Origin: Octopus bimaculoides
Taxonomy: Eukaryota
Direction of reading: 5' to 3'
DNA length: 64,000 nucleotides
NCBI RefSeq assembly: GCF_001194135.2
Contig: NC_068998.1
Span: 19,369,423-19,433,422, forward strand
Within the stretch, counting starts at the first letter, position 1, and each line of letters opens with the position of its first letter. Positions 13,661-25,288 of the stretch are shown piece after piece. The notes beneath the pieces were generated by a model. It saw only the letters and a list, made by a program, of their open reading frames with translations, ran no database searches and was not told the origin of the DNA. The position numbers and the translations under genes are program-made.

Positions 13661-14391
13661 CTGCAAATAAAGTTAACATTCTCTAGATAAAATAATTATG
13701 GCAGATAAAGCATAAATATTCGATTAATTGATTTATGCTCTATTTAACGATCAACTTTAATCTATTATATTGAAAATGAATTCATACAAACAAGTTGGTA
13801 AGTCAATATATCATTATCGTCATCACCATCATTTTAACATTTACTTTTCCATGCAGGCATGGGTCAAATGAAGTTTATTGAGGCAGAATTTCCATAGCCA
13901 AATGCCTTTCCAGTTGCCAGTCCAGGTAATATTTCTGTGTGTTTTCATGGAAGATTGGAAATGAAGAACACTGCTTATGTAATGGTATTTTTCAGTTTTA
14001 ATCTTCCATAAGAACACACACACACACATATATATTCATACACAGTAAGCTTCTTTCAGTTTTCCATCTACCAAATCCATTCACAAGGCTTTGGTCGGCC
14101 TAGGGCTATAGTAGAAAACACTTGCCCAATGTGCCACATGGTGACATCAAACCCAGAACCATGTGGTTGGGAAACAAACTTGTTCAAACTGAGTTCAAAT
14201 TCTGCTGAGGTTGGCTTTGCTTTTTATACTTTCATGGTTGATAAAATAAGTACGATTTGAACAGTGGGGTTGATGTTATTAACTTACCCTCTCTCCCCAA
14301 ATCACTGGCCTTGTGCCAAAAATTTGAAACCAAAATTTTATTGATAAGTGTAGAGGAGAGAAAAGAAATAAAAATACAGAAATGTACTTAC

Positions 14392-14515
14392 TTTCAGGAT
14401 GATCTCTATTCCTTTTGTATGAGATTTTGGAGTCTCTCTAAGTTCACTATAAAGGTGTGTCCACTCACAGTCCCAGTGGCCAAAGATTTCACCACGGTTA
14501 GCAAATATGAGACGT
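14392..14515 (-). CDS. VPS13: VPS13 exon (RLIFANRGEIFGHWDCEWTHLYSELRETPKSHTKGIEIILK)
   Basis: tttcag / gtaagt sites, 124 nt, phase 2-0. Confidence 0.92.
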
Positions 14516-14831
14516 CTGAAATAAATAATGATTGAGTTGTTGTAGAAAATATTAATTAAAAAACAAAGACAAAATACAACTGAAAATTATTTTTATCAAT
14601 CATAAATAAATGGTCCATTTTTGTGATAAGTCAAAACATGCTGACACAATAGAATGTAGTACTGACTTGTAAAAACATTTAGTACACTTCAAAGTATATT
14701 GTGTTTGCATAACGAAGTACCATGTACCTACAAATCTTTGATGTTTACAAACCAGTTCCAGGAATGTGTCTAATATGTAAATTGGTATATCTAACAACAC
14801 CACTATATAAGCAATGTGTTCAGAGGTAAGA

Positions 14832-14899
14832 GTGGGTTAGACGAGTGCTGATGAAGGGGCAACAATCCCTGAAATATGGTATATACACTAATTACCCAC
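14832..14899 (+). ncRNA. Type I hammerhead ribozyme (Penelope-associated type)
   Basis: Core CUGAUGA (14848-54) and GAAA (14871-74); stem II AGGG/CCCU; stem III A-UAU/AUA-U; triplet AUA (cut after 14885); stem I AGUG/CACU plus distal GUGGGU/ACCCAC. Confidence 0.8.
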
Positions 14900-15295
14900 T
14901 TTTGTTTCTGATCTCATTGCTTGTTTATATCTGACATCTCGATATGAAATATAGCAAAAATCAGTGCTGGCTATAGTTTCTATAGAATATCTGTTGAAAC
15001 AACTTTAACAAAAAAAAAAATAGTTTAACTCTATCACCACTGAGTGCAGGGAGAAAACTAGTGTCTGGATCTGAGCTCCATACCCAGAATACACACACCT
15101 CTCAGAAAATGGTGATATTTGGAATTGGCAGTCTGTGAATTCAATACCAAAGAACCATAGCTCTTCCTTTTTATCACAGTATGCTTGAAACCTTGTCTTC
15201 AACAGAATCTTCTAAAAGTTGAAATAGCACATCAGGTACAAATAACCCATGATTTTGTAATTTATTTTTTTTCTGGAAATATTTGAGTGCAGTGA

Positions 15296-16150
15296 GCTTC
15301 AACATCGTCTGCTTTCTATACTGGCATGGATTGGACGGTTTGACTGAGAACTGGTAAGCCGGGAGGCTGCACCAGGCTCCAATCTAATTTCGCAAGGTTT
15401 CTACAGCTGGATGCCCTTCCTAACGTCAACCACTCCAAGAGTGTAGTGGATGCTTTTACATGCCACTGGTACAGGAGCCAGTCAGGTGGCACTGGCATCA
15501 GTCACACTTGAATGGTGCTTATTATGTGTCACTGTCATGGGTGCCAGTCAAGCGGCATTGGCATTGGCCAGGCTCGAATGGTGTTTTTTACGTGCTACTG
15601 GCATAGGTGCCAGTCAGGTGACACTGGCATCGGTTACGCTTGAATGGTGCTTTTTATATACCACCAGCACAGGTGCCAGTCAGGCAGCACTATCATCAGC
15701 CATGACTACAATTTCACTCGGTTTAACAGGTCTACACAAGCATGGCAAATTGCCCAACAACTGAAGGGTGCTTTTTTAAATGGGCCAGTTATGCAACAAT
15801 GGCATTGGCCACGACTACAATTTCATTTGACTTGCTGGGTCTTCTCAGGCACAACATATCTCCAATGGTCTCAGTTGCTTGTCATTGCCTCTGTAAGGTC
15901 CAACATTTGAAGGTCATGCTTCAGCACCTATGTCTTCCTGGGTCTACCTCTTCCACGGGTTCCCTCCACTGTTAGGTTACACTTCTTCACACAGCAATCC
16001 TCATCCATACGCATCATATAACCATACCAGTGCAGTTGTCTCTCTTGCACGCCACATCTGATGCTTCTTATGTCCAACTTTTCTCTCAGGGCACTTACAC
16101 TCTGTTGTGTATGCACACTGACATTACACATCCAGCAGAACATACTATCT
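15296..16150 (-). mobile_element. 5'-truncated RTE-clade LINE: ORF2 C-terminus plus 3' UTR with a 66-bp tandem array
   Basis: LREKLDIRSIRCGVQERQLHWYGYMMRMDEDCCVKKC...GTRGRGRPRKT is an RTE ORF2 tail; 4 x 66-bp units (GCCAGTCA at 15477, 15543, 15609, 15675). Confidence 0.85.
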
Positions 16151-17246
16151 TCATTTCTTTCAATGGTCACAAAATTATAAAACAAGAAAAATATTCAAAA
16201 CAACACCTAAAATAGCACTGTCTATGAGCAAACATTTGTAAACAGCTTCATTTAGCATTGACGACTTATCTTTATTCTGATTGACCAAATTTTAACAAGG
16301 GGTTTGCCAATTCCTAACTATATTGGGAATTCAGCAGAGGTCAAGTCTGAAATTTTTGGTCAATCATGAATATGATACAAACAATGGGTAGTAAAATGGG
16401 GAATTGTGTAGTTTATGTTTGTCTAAAGGGTATCTATAGTTTAAGTGGACTAGCTTGAAAAGTGAATCAAAATAGACTGCGGATCTCAGGGAACTTATTT
16501 TTGTTCACTGCAGATTGTAAATTGTTTAAACTAACTTCTAATCGGTGAAATATACTAAATATTAATCCCCCCTCCCACACACACACAAATGCTACAGATA
16601 CAACTGTGTAACATAATTTTTGTTTTTGGGTAGCAACTGTTATTTCCTATTTGCTTATCCCTAAAAAATGTGAAAAATGGCTAATATTTCCTTCAAACTT
16701 TCCCTCTCAACACATAGCTATGATGCTCCCCCACTACTTCCAATATTGTCAGCTACTAATGGACATGCTCAAGTGGTTATGGTCAAGCAACTGAAAAGCA
16801 AATCTGAGGTACTGAGCAGAATATTTGCTATAATATGCATGAGGATATGTGAGAAAATATTTGCTAATATTCATTGGACTTCTAGGCAATGCAGTGTGAA
16901 TAGCAGTTAACCAGTACTTTTGATAGCAGACAGTGTCTGTTGAAGTTTATTGATTTTCTTAATAGTATTGACAATAGCATTTAATTGGCTACGTTAAAAA
17001 CTATTTTTTATTTTATTACATATATAATAAAGAAAACCACATTAAAATACAAATCCAAAAAGAAGAAAGCACAAACATGAGAAAAGAAAGAAGGAAAAAG
17101 AAGAAGGAAGAAAGAAAGAAAGAAAAAATATCAATTTAACACCAAGTGCCTCAATTGGTTGCACACTACAAGGTTGAATGTAACCTACTGATGTAAGCCA
17201 ACCTAAAAAAATTAAAAACAAAACATTACAATTTTTTTGAACTTAC

Positions 17247-17341
17247 TTATCTGTCACTAAAAGAACATTTTTTCCATCTTTAGTTACAACAGCATGAGCA
17301 ATATATTCATCAGTGGCAGCATAAATTCCTTTCTCAGTTTC
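17247..17341 (-). CDS. VPS13: VPS13 exon (ETEKGIYAATDEYIAHAVVTKDGKNVLLVTDK)
   Basis: tttcag / gtaagt sites, 95 nt, phase 0-2. Confidence 0.92.
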
Positions 17342-17473
17342 CTGAAATTAGAAGAAAATTTCATCAAAAAGGGATTAGATTAAAATAAACTGGACCCACC
17401 AAATAAACATGTAAAGATCCCCATTCAGAGGTTATATTGCAAAGAGGCTGCAACATGCCTGTAAATTGGGGAG

Positions 17474-17526
<53 letters not shown>

Positions 17527-17817
17527 NNNNNNNNNNNNNNNNNNNNNNNNNNNNNNNNNNNNNNNNNNNNNNNNNNNNNNNNNNNNNNNNNNNNNNNNNN
17601 NNNNNNNNNNNNNNNNNNNNNNNNNNNNNNNNNNNNNNNNNNNNNNNNNNNNNNNNNNNNNNNNNNNNNNNNNNNNNNNNNNNNNNNNNNNNNNNNNNNN
17701 NNNNNNNNNNNNNNNNNNNNNNNNNNNNNNNNNNNNNNNNNNNNNNNNNNNNNNNNNNNNNNNNNNNNNNNNNNNNNNNNNNNNNNNNNNNNNNNNNNNN
17801 NNNNNNNNNNNNNNNNN
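17527..17817. other. Assembly gap (291 N) after an (AG)n microsatellite
   Basis: Run of N. Confidence 1.
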
Positions 17818-17845
17818 AGTGTTACTTGAGCAACATGTTCTAGAG

Positions 17846-18136
17846 CAATGGTTCTCAGCCAGGGTCCAAATAAGATTTTTGGGGATCCACACAACAAAAT
17901 AGTAAACTGGGGATCCACACTAGTATTTTAAGGGCCCCTGAAAAATTTTGCTAAGTTTCTTTCTTTAACATTTTATATGGTTCAACCTATAGAAGTTAAT
18001 GTGTGCAAAACAAAATAGGAATTTCGAAAGAAGTTTTAATAAAACTAGCTTTTAAACATTGAATGGCTATGGGGGTCCACCAGAATAAAATAGTAATCAA
18101 AGGAGTCCATAGGTAAAAAATGGTTGAGAACCCCTG
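17846..18136. mobile_element. 291-bp hAT (Charlie-type) MITE with 8-bp TSD
   Basis: TIRs CAATGGTTCTCAGCC / GGTTGAGAACCCCTG; flanks TTCTAGAG / TTCTAGAT match the NTCTAGAN Charlie target preference. Confidence 0.85.
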
Positions 18137-18303
18137 TTCTAGATAAAACAAACCCCTAAATATTATGAAACATGATATATTAGTTTCCTAAGCAACACTG
18201 ATGTTCCTATTATTGAGCTTATCAAATAAAGCCCTTCATCTGTTGACATTTTAAAGAGCTGTCTCTCTCTTAGTGAATTGATTCAAATATTAAGTAGCAT
18301 TAC

Positions 18304-18418
18304 TTGTAAAATTGCATAGCCTTCAGCTTCTTGATGATTGTATGGCCGGATTATCAAGTCATTATGGAATCGACGTGGTGGGCGCAAACGGCGGATCTCA
18401 TCTGACATTTCAGCAATT
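18304..18418 (-). CDS. VPS13: VPS13 exon (IAEMSDEIRRLRPPRRFHNDLIIRPYNHQEAEGYAILQ), start of PH-like region
   Basis: gtatag / gtaatg sites, 115 nt, phase 2-0; LRPPR and IIRPY motifs. Confidence 0.95.
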
Positions 18419-18787
18419 CTATACAAAAAGCAAAAAAATGGAAACAATAAAACCAGCCTAGGAACAGTTAAGAAACAACTATGATAACAACTATATTACA
18501 ACTTGTTATACATTTGTTACATGACTAAGGTGCTAGACCAGTGACCAAAGAGTCATTATGTTACAGTTATTCTATTGTACTGATGACAAAACACAGTTCT
18601 ACTTGTTTCAGTTTATTTTTGCTGATAAATTTTACTCTTTCGAACAAATTATCTTCATGTTTTAGTTTTTAATCACAACATCCAATTTAACAAGCAAGAT
18701 GAAACTTGTCACATAAATAAATGCTAAAACACCTCAACAAAATGACAATTTCCTAATAGTAGACACAACAGAACTATTAATACAAAC

Positions 18788-18875
18788 CTGCGTATACTGT
18801 CAAGGGAGCTACTAGCAAAGTCAATCACTCCACTTGTCGGGCGTGTTACGGCACCAACTAAACCTTTACCAATAC
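18788..18875 (-). CDS. VPS13: VPS13 exon (IGKGLVGAVTRPTSGVIDFASSSLDSIRR)
   Basis: acctag / gtttgt sites, 88 nt, phase 1-2. Confidence 0.95.
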
Positions 18876-19584
18876 CTAGGTTTTGTTTAAAATAAAAGAA
18901 AACAGATTAAACAGAATAGCATTGTTTGCTCATAAATAATGTGTTAAAAGATTTCACAATAAAAGTCAAGAAAGTTGGAAATATTCCACAGATCACTGGA
19001 TTATTGGGGGGACTGCCCAAGAAGTCTTCATGCTGTAATTCAAAGAAAGATACCCTATCCTAGGAGAGTATATGAATTCTTCACTGCAAACTTATTAAAC
19101 ACAACAGACTTACATTAATATTAATGAACTGTACCTTTCCATGGTACATACTTATTTATAATTAAATGGACTGAGATATTAAATGGACTGAGATATTAAA
19201 TGTTAAGAATGTTTCTGTGAGTCAAAAATACTAATGATGCAATAGAGACCATTGACTGTTTCACTAATAGGTTGGTACTCAAAATGCAATCACCTGTGAA
19301 TCAACATTTTTGTATTATTACCATATTTGATGGAATGTAAAACACACTTTTTGCCAAAAGAATTGACTCAAATAAATCACCCCGAGTCCTATGTGCAAAG
19401 TTGGGTCTCCCGTAAATTAATTTTGTCTCTGACACTACTATAGACTAATTTTAATCCAAACAGTCTCTTCTACCTAGCCTGACTCTGTAATAATACTATT
19501 TATTTAAACATTATTATTACTTGTACTGCAAAAGAAATTATGATAGCACAGGTATGGCTGTATGGTAAGAAGTTTGCTTCCCGA

Positions 19585-19940
19585 TCACATGATTGTGGGT
19601 TCAGTCCCACTGTATGGCACTTAGGGCAAGTGTCTTCTACTCTAGCTTCAGGTCGACCAAAGCCTTTTGAGTGGATTTGGTGGACAGAACCTTAAAAAAG
19701 CTTGTTGTATATTTCCATATATCTATGTGCCATTGTGTCTGTGTTTGTCCTCAACCACTGCTTGACAACCAGTATTGGTGTGTTTATGTCACCGTAACTT
19801 AGCAGTTCAGCAAAAGAGACTGATAGAATAAGTAGTGGGCTTTAAAAAATAAATACTGGGGTTGATTCATTTGACTAAGAATTCTTCAAGGTGGTGCCCC
19901 AGCATGGCCACAGTCTAACGACTGAAACAAATAAAAGATC
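19585..19940 (+). mobile_element. tRNA-derived SINE with CTTGGGCAAGTGTCTTCT core (most abundant family here)
   Basis: Head GGCTGTATGG...GGTTCAGTCCC, core, (TG)n spacer and AAGTAC tail. Other copies near 454-655, 2215-2320, 3920-4085, 4985-5335, 14040-14185, 33170-33440, 37270-37400, 42980-43130, 45700-46060, 57380-57560, 59229-59330. Resembles Octopus tRNA-derived SINEs; family name not verified. Confidence 0.8.
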
Positions 19941-21152
19941 ACTGACAATGTTCACTAGTTACCGGCTGACTGCTTTAAATATTACAGGCTTTAATGCACT
20001 AAAAGCTTTTTCCTTTGAATATGTGCTGCTGAAATTGGGGTACATCTAAAATGCAGTGCATCATTTATGCCATCACCTATGGTAATTAAGCAGAGAATAG
20101 GCAGAAGGTGTAAGTGAGTATATATTCCAGCTCTTTGCATTCTGAGTTTAATTCCTGCTGTGTGAAATTTGCCTTTCATTCTTCCAGGGTTGATCAATAA
20201 AGTACCATCTAAAGTGGTGGATTGGCTGAATCAGCAGAGCATCAAACATGATAATGTGATGTGGGATTGGTTTCAGCTGTCTGTGTTCTGAATTTAAATT
20301 TGCCATGGTTTACTTGGCTAGAAAACTTAATTCATCACTCTGTTTAACACTGCTGCCATGTCCCTAGGTACCTTTAGCAGAGTTCACGGGTTGCAAGCTC
20401 TCAGGCCAGATCTCACTTTTATGGAGTGAAGGGGCATACCTTAGTGGTTAGAGTATTTGGCTCATGATCATAAGGTTGTGAGTCTGAATCCTAGCAGTGC
20501 ATTGTGTCCTTGAGCAAGACACTTTATTTCTTGTTGGTCCATTCCTTTCAGCTGGCAAAAGTGAGTTGTACCTGTAATTCACAGGGCCGGCCTTGTAACG
20601 TTCTGTGTCACTCTGATTTTCCTTGAGAACTACATTAAGGATATGTGTGTCTGTGGAGTGCTCAGCCACATGAATGAGCAGGCTGCTTGATTGACTGAAT
20701 TAACTAGAACACTTGTCATAACCAATAGAGAGCCAGGCCTCTCTTCTAACTAAGCAATAAAAAAATTTGAAGATAGTGATACCCACTCATAAAGTCATCC
20801 AAGATTGGATGGAACTTGGTGAAGTTGATATAATTGACTTTGAACTTGGTTGGAGGCAAAATATAGGTTGGTGGGTTTTTTATTTATTTTCCAAAGGAGA
20901 TACAGATCTAGGAAGCAATGAAAGGAAGGAAGGAAGGAAGGAAAGAAGGAAGGAAGGCAAGAAGGCGTGGAAAGACTATTTAGTACAGGGCCTAGATGGG
21001 AAAAAAGGAGTTTTAGAGTTTAGTTTAGCAGAGGATCTAAGAGTGATAAGATGAATGGTAAACATACAGAGTGTAATTATTTGAAGGAGGAATGGATTTG
21101 GAAAATTGAGAAGAACAATAATTGAGAGACTAAAATAATCATCTACACTTAC

Positions 21153-21234
21153 CCTTGAAGAAACCTTCAACACCTTCCTTTTGGGCACCTTCAATGGGTT
21201 TTCGTACAATACCAGTAACACCATCGACTACACC
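21153..21234 (-). CDS. VPS13: VPS13 exon ([28 protein letters not shown])
   Basis: ttgcag / gtaagt sites, 82 nt, phase 0-1. Confidence 0.96.
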
Positions 21235-21332
21235 CTGCAAATCAAAGCAACAAATATATTATACATGCATACATTCATAGACAAACATACATACATAATG
21301 TGTGTGTATGGAGATATATATATATATATATA

Positions 21333-21832
21333 NNNNNNNNNNNNNNNNNNNNNNNNNNNNNNNNNNNNNNNNNNNNNNNNNNNNNNNNNNNNNNNNNNNN
21401 NNNNNNNNNNNNNNNNNNNNNNNNNNNNNNNNNNNNNNNNNNNNNNNNNNNNNNNNNNNNNNNNNNNNNNNNNNNNNNNNNNNNNNNNNNNNNNNNNNNN
21501 NNNNNNNNNNNNNNNNNNNNNNNNNNNNNNNNNNNNNNNNNNNNNNNNNNNNNNNNNNNNNNNNNNNNNNNNNNNNNNNNNNNNNNNNNNNNNNNNNNNN
21601 NNNNNNNNNNNNNNNNNNNNNNNNNNNNNNNNNNNNNNNNNNNNNNNNNNNNNNNNNNNNNNNNNNNNNNNNNNNNNNNNNNNNNNNNNNNNNNNNNNNN
21701 NNNNNNNNNNNNNNNNNNNNNNNNNNNNNNNNNNNNNNNNNNNNNNNNNNNNNNNNNNNNNNNNNNNNNNNNNNNNNNNNNNNNNNNNNNNNNNNNNNNN
21801 NNNNNNNNNNNNNNNNNNNNNNNNNNNNNNNN
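21333..21832. other. Assembly gap (500 N) after (TA)n
   Basis: Run of N. Confidence 1.
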
Positions 21833-21865
21833 TTTTATGATGCTTTTGCAGCCTTAATAAATAAA

Positions 21866-21899
<34 letters not shown>

Positions 21900-22208
21900 A
21901 TATATGGCTTAGTGATTTGAGCATTGGGCTTCCAATCTCGAGGTTGTGAGTTTGATTCCTGGACTGGGCTGTGTGTTGTGTTCTTGCGCAAGACACTTTA
22001 TTTCATGTTGTTCCAGTTCACTCAGCTGTAGAAATGTGTTGCCAGGGTGTGTCAGCCTATGCCTTTCCCTTGGACAACATTGGCAGCATGGAGAGACGAA
22101 ACTGGTATGTGTGGGTGACTGCTGGTCTTCTGCAAACAACCTAGCCTGGACCTGGACTTGAGTTTCACTGGGGAACCATCTGGGACAATCTTATGGTCAT
22201 TATATATG

Positions 22209-22264
<56 letters not shown>

Positions 22265-22936
22265 TGTAGTGAACCTAATCCATGTTGGTTTTTTTCCCCC
22301 TGGCTCTCTTTTTTTTTTAATCTCCTTTAGTTTTTCTCTCTTCAGTGTTTCCATCATCCAATGAAGAAGCATGTCTAAAACATAACTTTTACTCTATAAT
22401 TTTTATTCCTTCTTTGAGCATCAACCTAATAATACTAACTGTGAATGTCTTTCAAACTTTTAAACCCATGCCAGCATGGAAAATGGACAGACATTAAATG
22501 GTGAGGATGATGATGATGTATTTGCGTTTTGCTTTACATACATACATGTTTGTTATCAAATCAACAAGAAAACAGAAGGAATCTTCATTGATTTGTTTTC
22601 CTCTGCTTAGCAATATGCTTAAGTTTGGTGGGTAGTTTTATCTGAGTTGAGGGCAGCATGGTAGATAGGAAGTGGAGAGAAGCACAGCTGCTGCCCCAAT
22701 GACAGCAGGAAAAAAGCAGGCCACGTTGGTGTGTATGAACACTTGCATGGCGATTCACAGAGTGAACACCAACTGATCATAGCAGCAGAAAGAGAGAGCG
22801 GCGGTGTGAACAAAAGTGATGAGTGCAAGGAGGAGAGATAGGTGTAGATGATGGCAGTGGTAGTAATGATGATAACAGCAGTGATGAAGGTGATGATCCA
22901 AGTCAATGATGAGGTAAATTTTCTTTGATGACTTAC

Positions 22937-23100
22937 CATAACAAGTCCTTTTCCTCCACGGGCAAAACCTTCTCGGACATTGGCAGGGCGTTTATTCATA
23001 GCTTCTCTTCGTTTCTTCTGATATTCATCATCTAAAGTGAGGGCAGCAATACCTTTTCCCATAGCTCCAGTGATTCTTGACACAGCACCCGCAGCACCAC
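22937..23100 (-). CDS. VPS13: VPS13 exon ([54 protein letters not shown])
   Basis: gtgtag / gtaagt sites, 164 nt, phase 1-0. Confidence 0.97.
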
Positions 23101-23231
23101 CTACACCACAGACAGACAAAATCAGTTTGTTTGTGTGAATTGCATTGATGAACACAAATATCCTCTAAGAAGCAAAATAACAGAAAAGATTGTTTGACCT
23201 CTGACTAAAGATCAAAACAATCTCTAATTTG

Positions 23232-23272
<41 letters not shown>

Positions 23273-23354
23273 GACATTTTGTTGATGTCATAAAAATTTA
23301 TTAATTTTCAAAAGAACACTAAATAATTCTGTTTTGGAACAGTGGATCTTGAAG

Positions 23355-23735
23355 CATGTAAAGCTAGGCACCTGTGCCGGTGACAAGTAAAAGACACCTG
23401 TGCTAGTGACACATAAAATGCATCTGTGCCAGTGACATATAAAAGGGGCCTGTGCTGGTGACATGTAAAATGCACCCGTGCTAGTGACATATAAAGAGGC
23501 ACCCATGTCAGCGACATGTAAAGTGCACTTGTGCTGGTGACACGTAAAAGACACTCAGTATACTCTGTAGAGTGGTTGGCATGAGAAAGGGCTTCCAACT
23601 GTAGAAACCAAGCCAAAACATACTGGAGCCTGGTGCAGCTCTCCAGCTTATCAACTCCAGTCAAACCATCTAACTCATGTCAGCATGGAAAACAGACATT
23701 AAATGATGATGGTGATGATGATGATAATGATGAAA
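23355..23735 (+). mobile_element. RTE-type 3' tail element with a 26-bp tandem array and (GAT)n end
   Basis: About 7 x 26-bp units (GTGAC at 23380, 23406, 23432, 23458, 23484, 23511, 23537), then the same tail as the 15.3-kb RTE copy. Related copies near 6415-6610, 38600-38790, 42505-42755, 47420-47650, 51505-51680. Confidence 0.75.
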
Positions 23736-24517
23736 TATTGAGTTGAAAAAGTTGAAGGTTGCTTATGGGACTCAAACTCACATCTCCTGTAGGTATAACA
23801 GGCATTCTACCATGGTCATCTTTCGACTTTTTCTATCTGGAAGGGTTTTCAACCCAATATTCATATGCTATTATTTATAACTTCAAGAGCTTCAAGATCT
23901 ATTGTTTGCCACCCCCAAATCGACAATATTACAATTACATAATAATTTTTAAATTATACACAAACATCACAAATTTACAGAAGGGAGTGAAATTGTGTGA
24001 CGTTCATGTCTTTCCTAAGAACCTTAGCTGGAATATATAAAATGAAATCAGATTACTGACTTGACTTGACCGAAAATGGTGACTTAATTAAATTATACTG
24101 AGTTAATAAAATGCATCATGCATTGAATCAAGTAATAAAGGAGGTTATGAATTATAATAGGTTAGATTCTAGTAAAATCATACTCAGATAACATCAACTA
24201 GTTTTCTTTAAGCTAGACAAGCAGTGAGTTGTCTTTGGAGATACTTTTAAATAATCTCAGATGGTCCATTATCCCATTATGTAAAATTTTTATCATGTGA
24301 AGACTATGAAACTGGTCAGTTATCACATGAATACTTTAAAGCAGAATTGAACTGCCAGATTGAAATCTGTTTCACTGCTTTGAAGGCTGAATAGAAAAGT
24401 CTTTATCGATCATTGTACTATATAGATTCTGAAAAATCTGATAAACAGAACATTCTTTTTCCTAGTACTTCTGGTACTGTCAAAATAATTTGAAGAGTAA
24501 TATATTTGATATCTCAC

Positions 24518-24593
24518 CAACAGCATGACCAAATAAACTGCGGACTCCAAGAGCAAGTCCTTCAGCGAATTCCTCTGGTCCTTGAATGGCACC
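24518..24593 (-). CDS. VPS13: VPS13 exon ([26 protein letters not shown])
   Basis: tttcag / gtgaga sites, 76 nt, phase 0-1. Confidence 0.97.
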
Positions 24594-24694
24594 CTGAAAA
24601 CAAACAATGATATATAAAAATATATGTATATATAAAACAAAAAAGAAAAGGCATATATGCACAATATATGAATACAAAAATAAATCAATATTAC

Positions 24695-24808
24695 CTGATA
24701 TGGCTCATAGAAGAGATCTTCTAAACCTTCTCCTAGGCCTCGTAACAGTCCAAATGGGTTGCCTAAGACATCTAAGCCGAGTACCAACACATACATTTGT
24801 TTAATTGC
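24695..24808 (-). CDS. VPS13: VPS13 exon ([38 protein letters not shown]), ATG2_C region
   Basis: ttttag / gtaata sites, 114 nt; [18 protein letters not shown] is near-invariant in VPS13A/C. Confidence 0.97.
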
Positions 24809-25068
24809 CTAAAAACAAAAAAAAAAACAAAATGTATTTCTTAAAATATGACTCTTTTTTTTTAAAGGTATTCCATGTTTTTAAATTTGTTTCTCAAACT
24901 GAAAAGGATAAACTGGTGAAATCTAATATTAGAACTATACAGTTTAGAAAACTAGAAAGATAGCCCTGAAGTCAGTTCAAGCATTAACAGGTCTTGTTTT
25001 TCGTATAATTATTTATGATTGAATACTTGTTAGTACCAGTGACAAAGAACAACTGCTATCAACTTTAA

Positions 25069-25288
25069 CCCATTAGCATTCAGATTATTCTGTCAAATGT
25101 AACGCTTATTTATTCACATTGTTTTGAATTAATCAAGCATTATCTCACAGCTTTGAGATTTCAATGATGTGATCGTTTATTTTTACAATGACATTATCGG
25201 GTAGGTGTGAGAGGCTGGATCTGGCCAGTATGAACATGACACAGGTAGAATATTTGGGCTGGATATAGCTGGTTTGAATGCTAAAGGG
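25069..25288. mobile_element. 220-bp MITE with TTAA target site and CCC...GGG termini (piggyBac-type non-autonomous)
   Basis: TTAA|CCCATTAGCATT ... AATGCTAAAGGG|TTAA; 12-bp TIR with 1 mismatch; both TTAA flanks intact. Confidence 0.85.

Noticed and set aside
15005-15202. Exon-like ORF KILLKTRFQAYCDKKEELWFFG...
   Set aside because: No VPS13 similarity; the flanking exons 17247 and 14515 already join in phase 2 without it
22619-23155. 178-aa ORF as a standalone gene
   Set aside because: Only 22937-23100 is a VPS13 exon; the rest is read-through into intron
15441-23560. CRISPR-like arrays (26-bp and 66-bp repeat units)
   Set aside because: Head-to-tail minisatellites without unique spacers, inside eukaryotic retroelement tails
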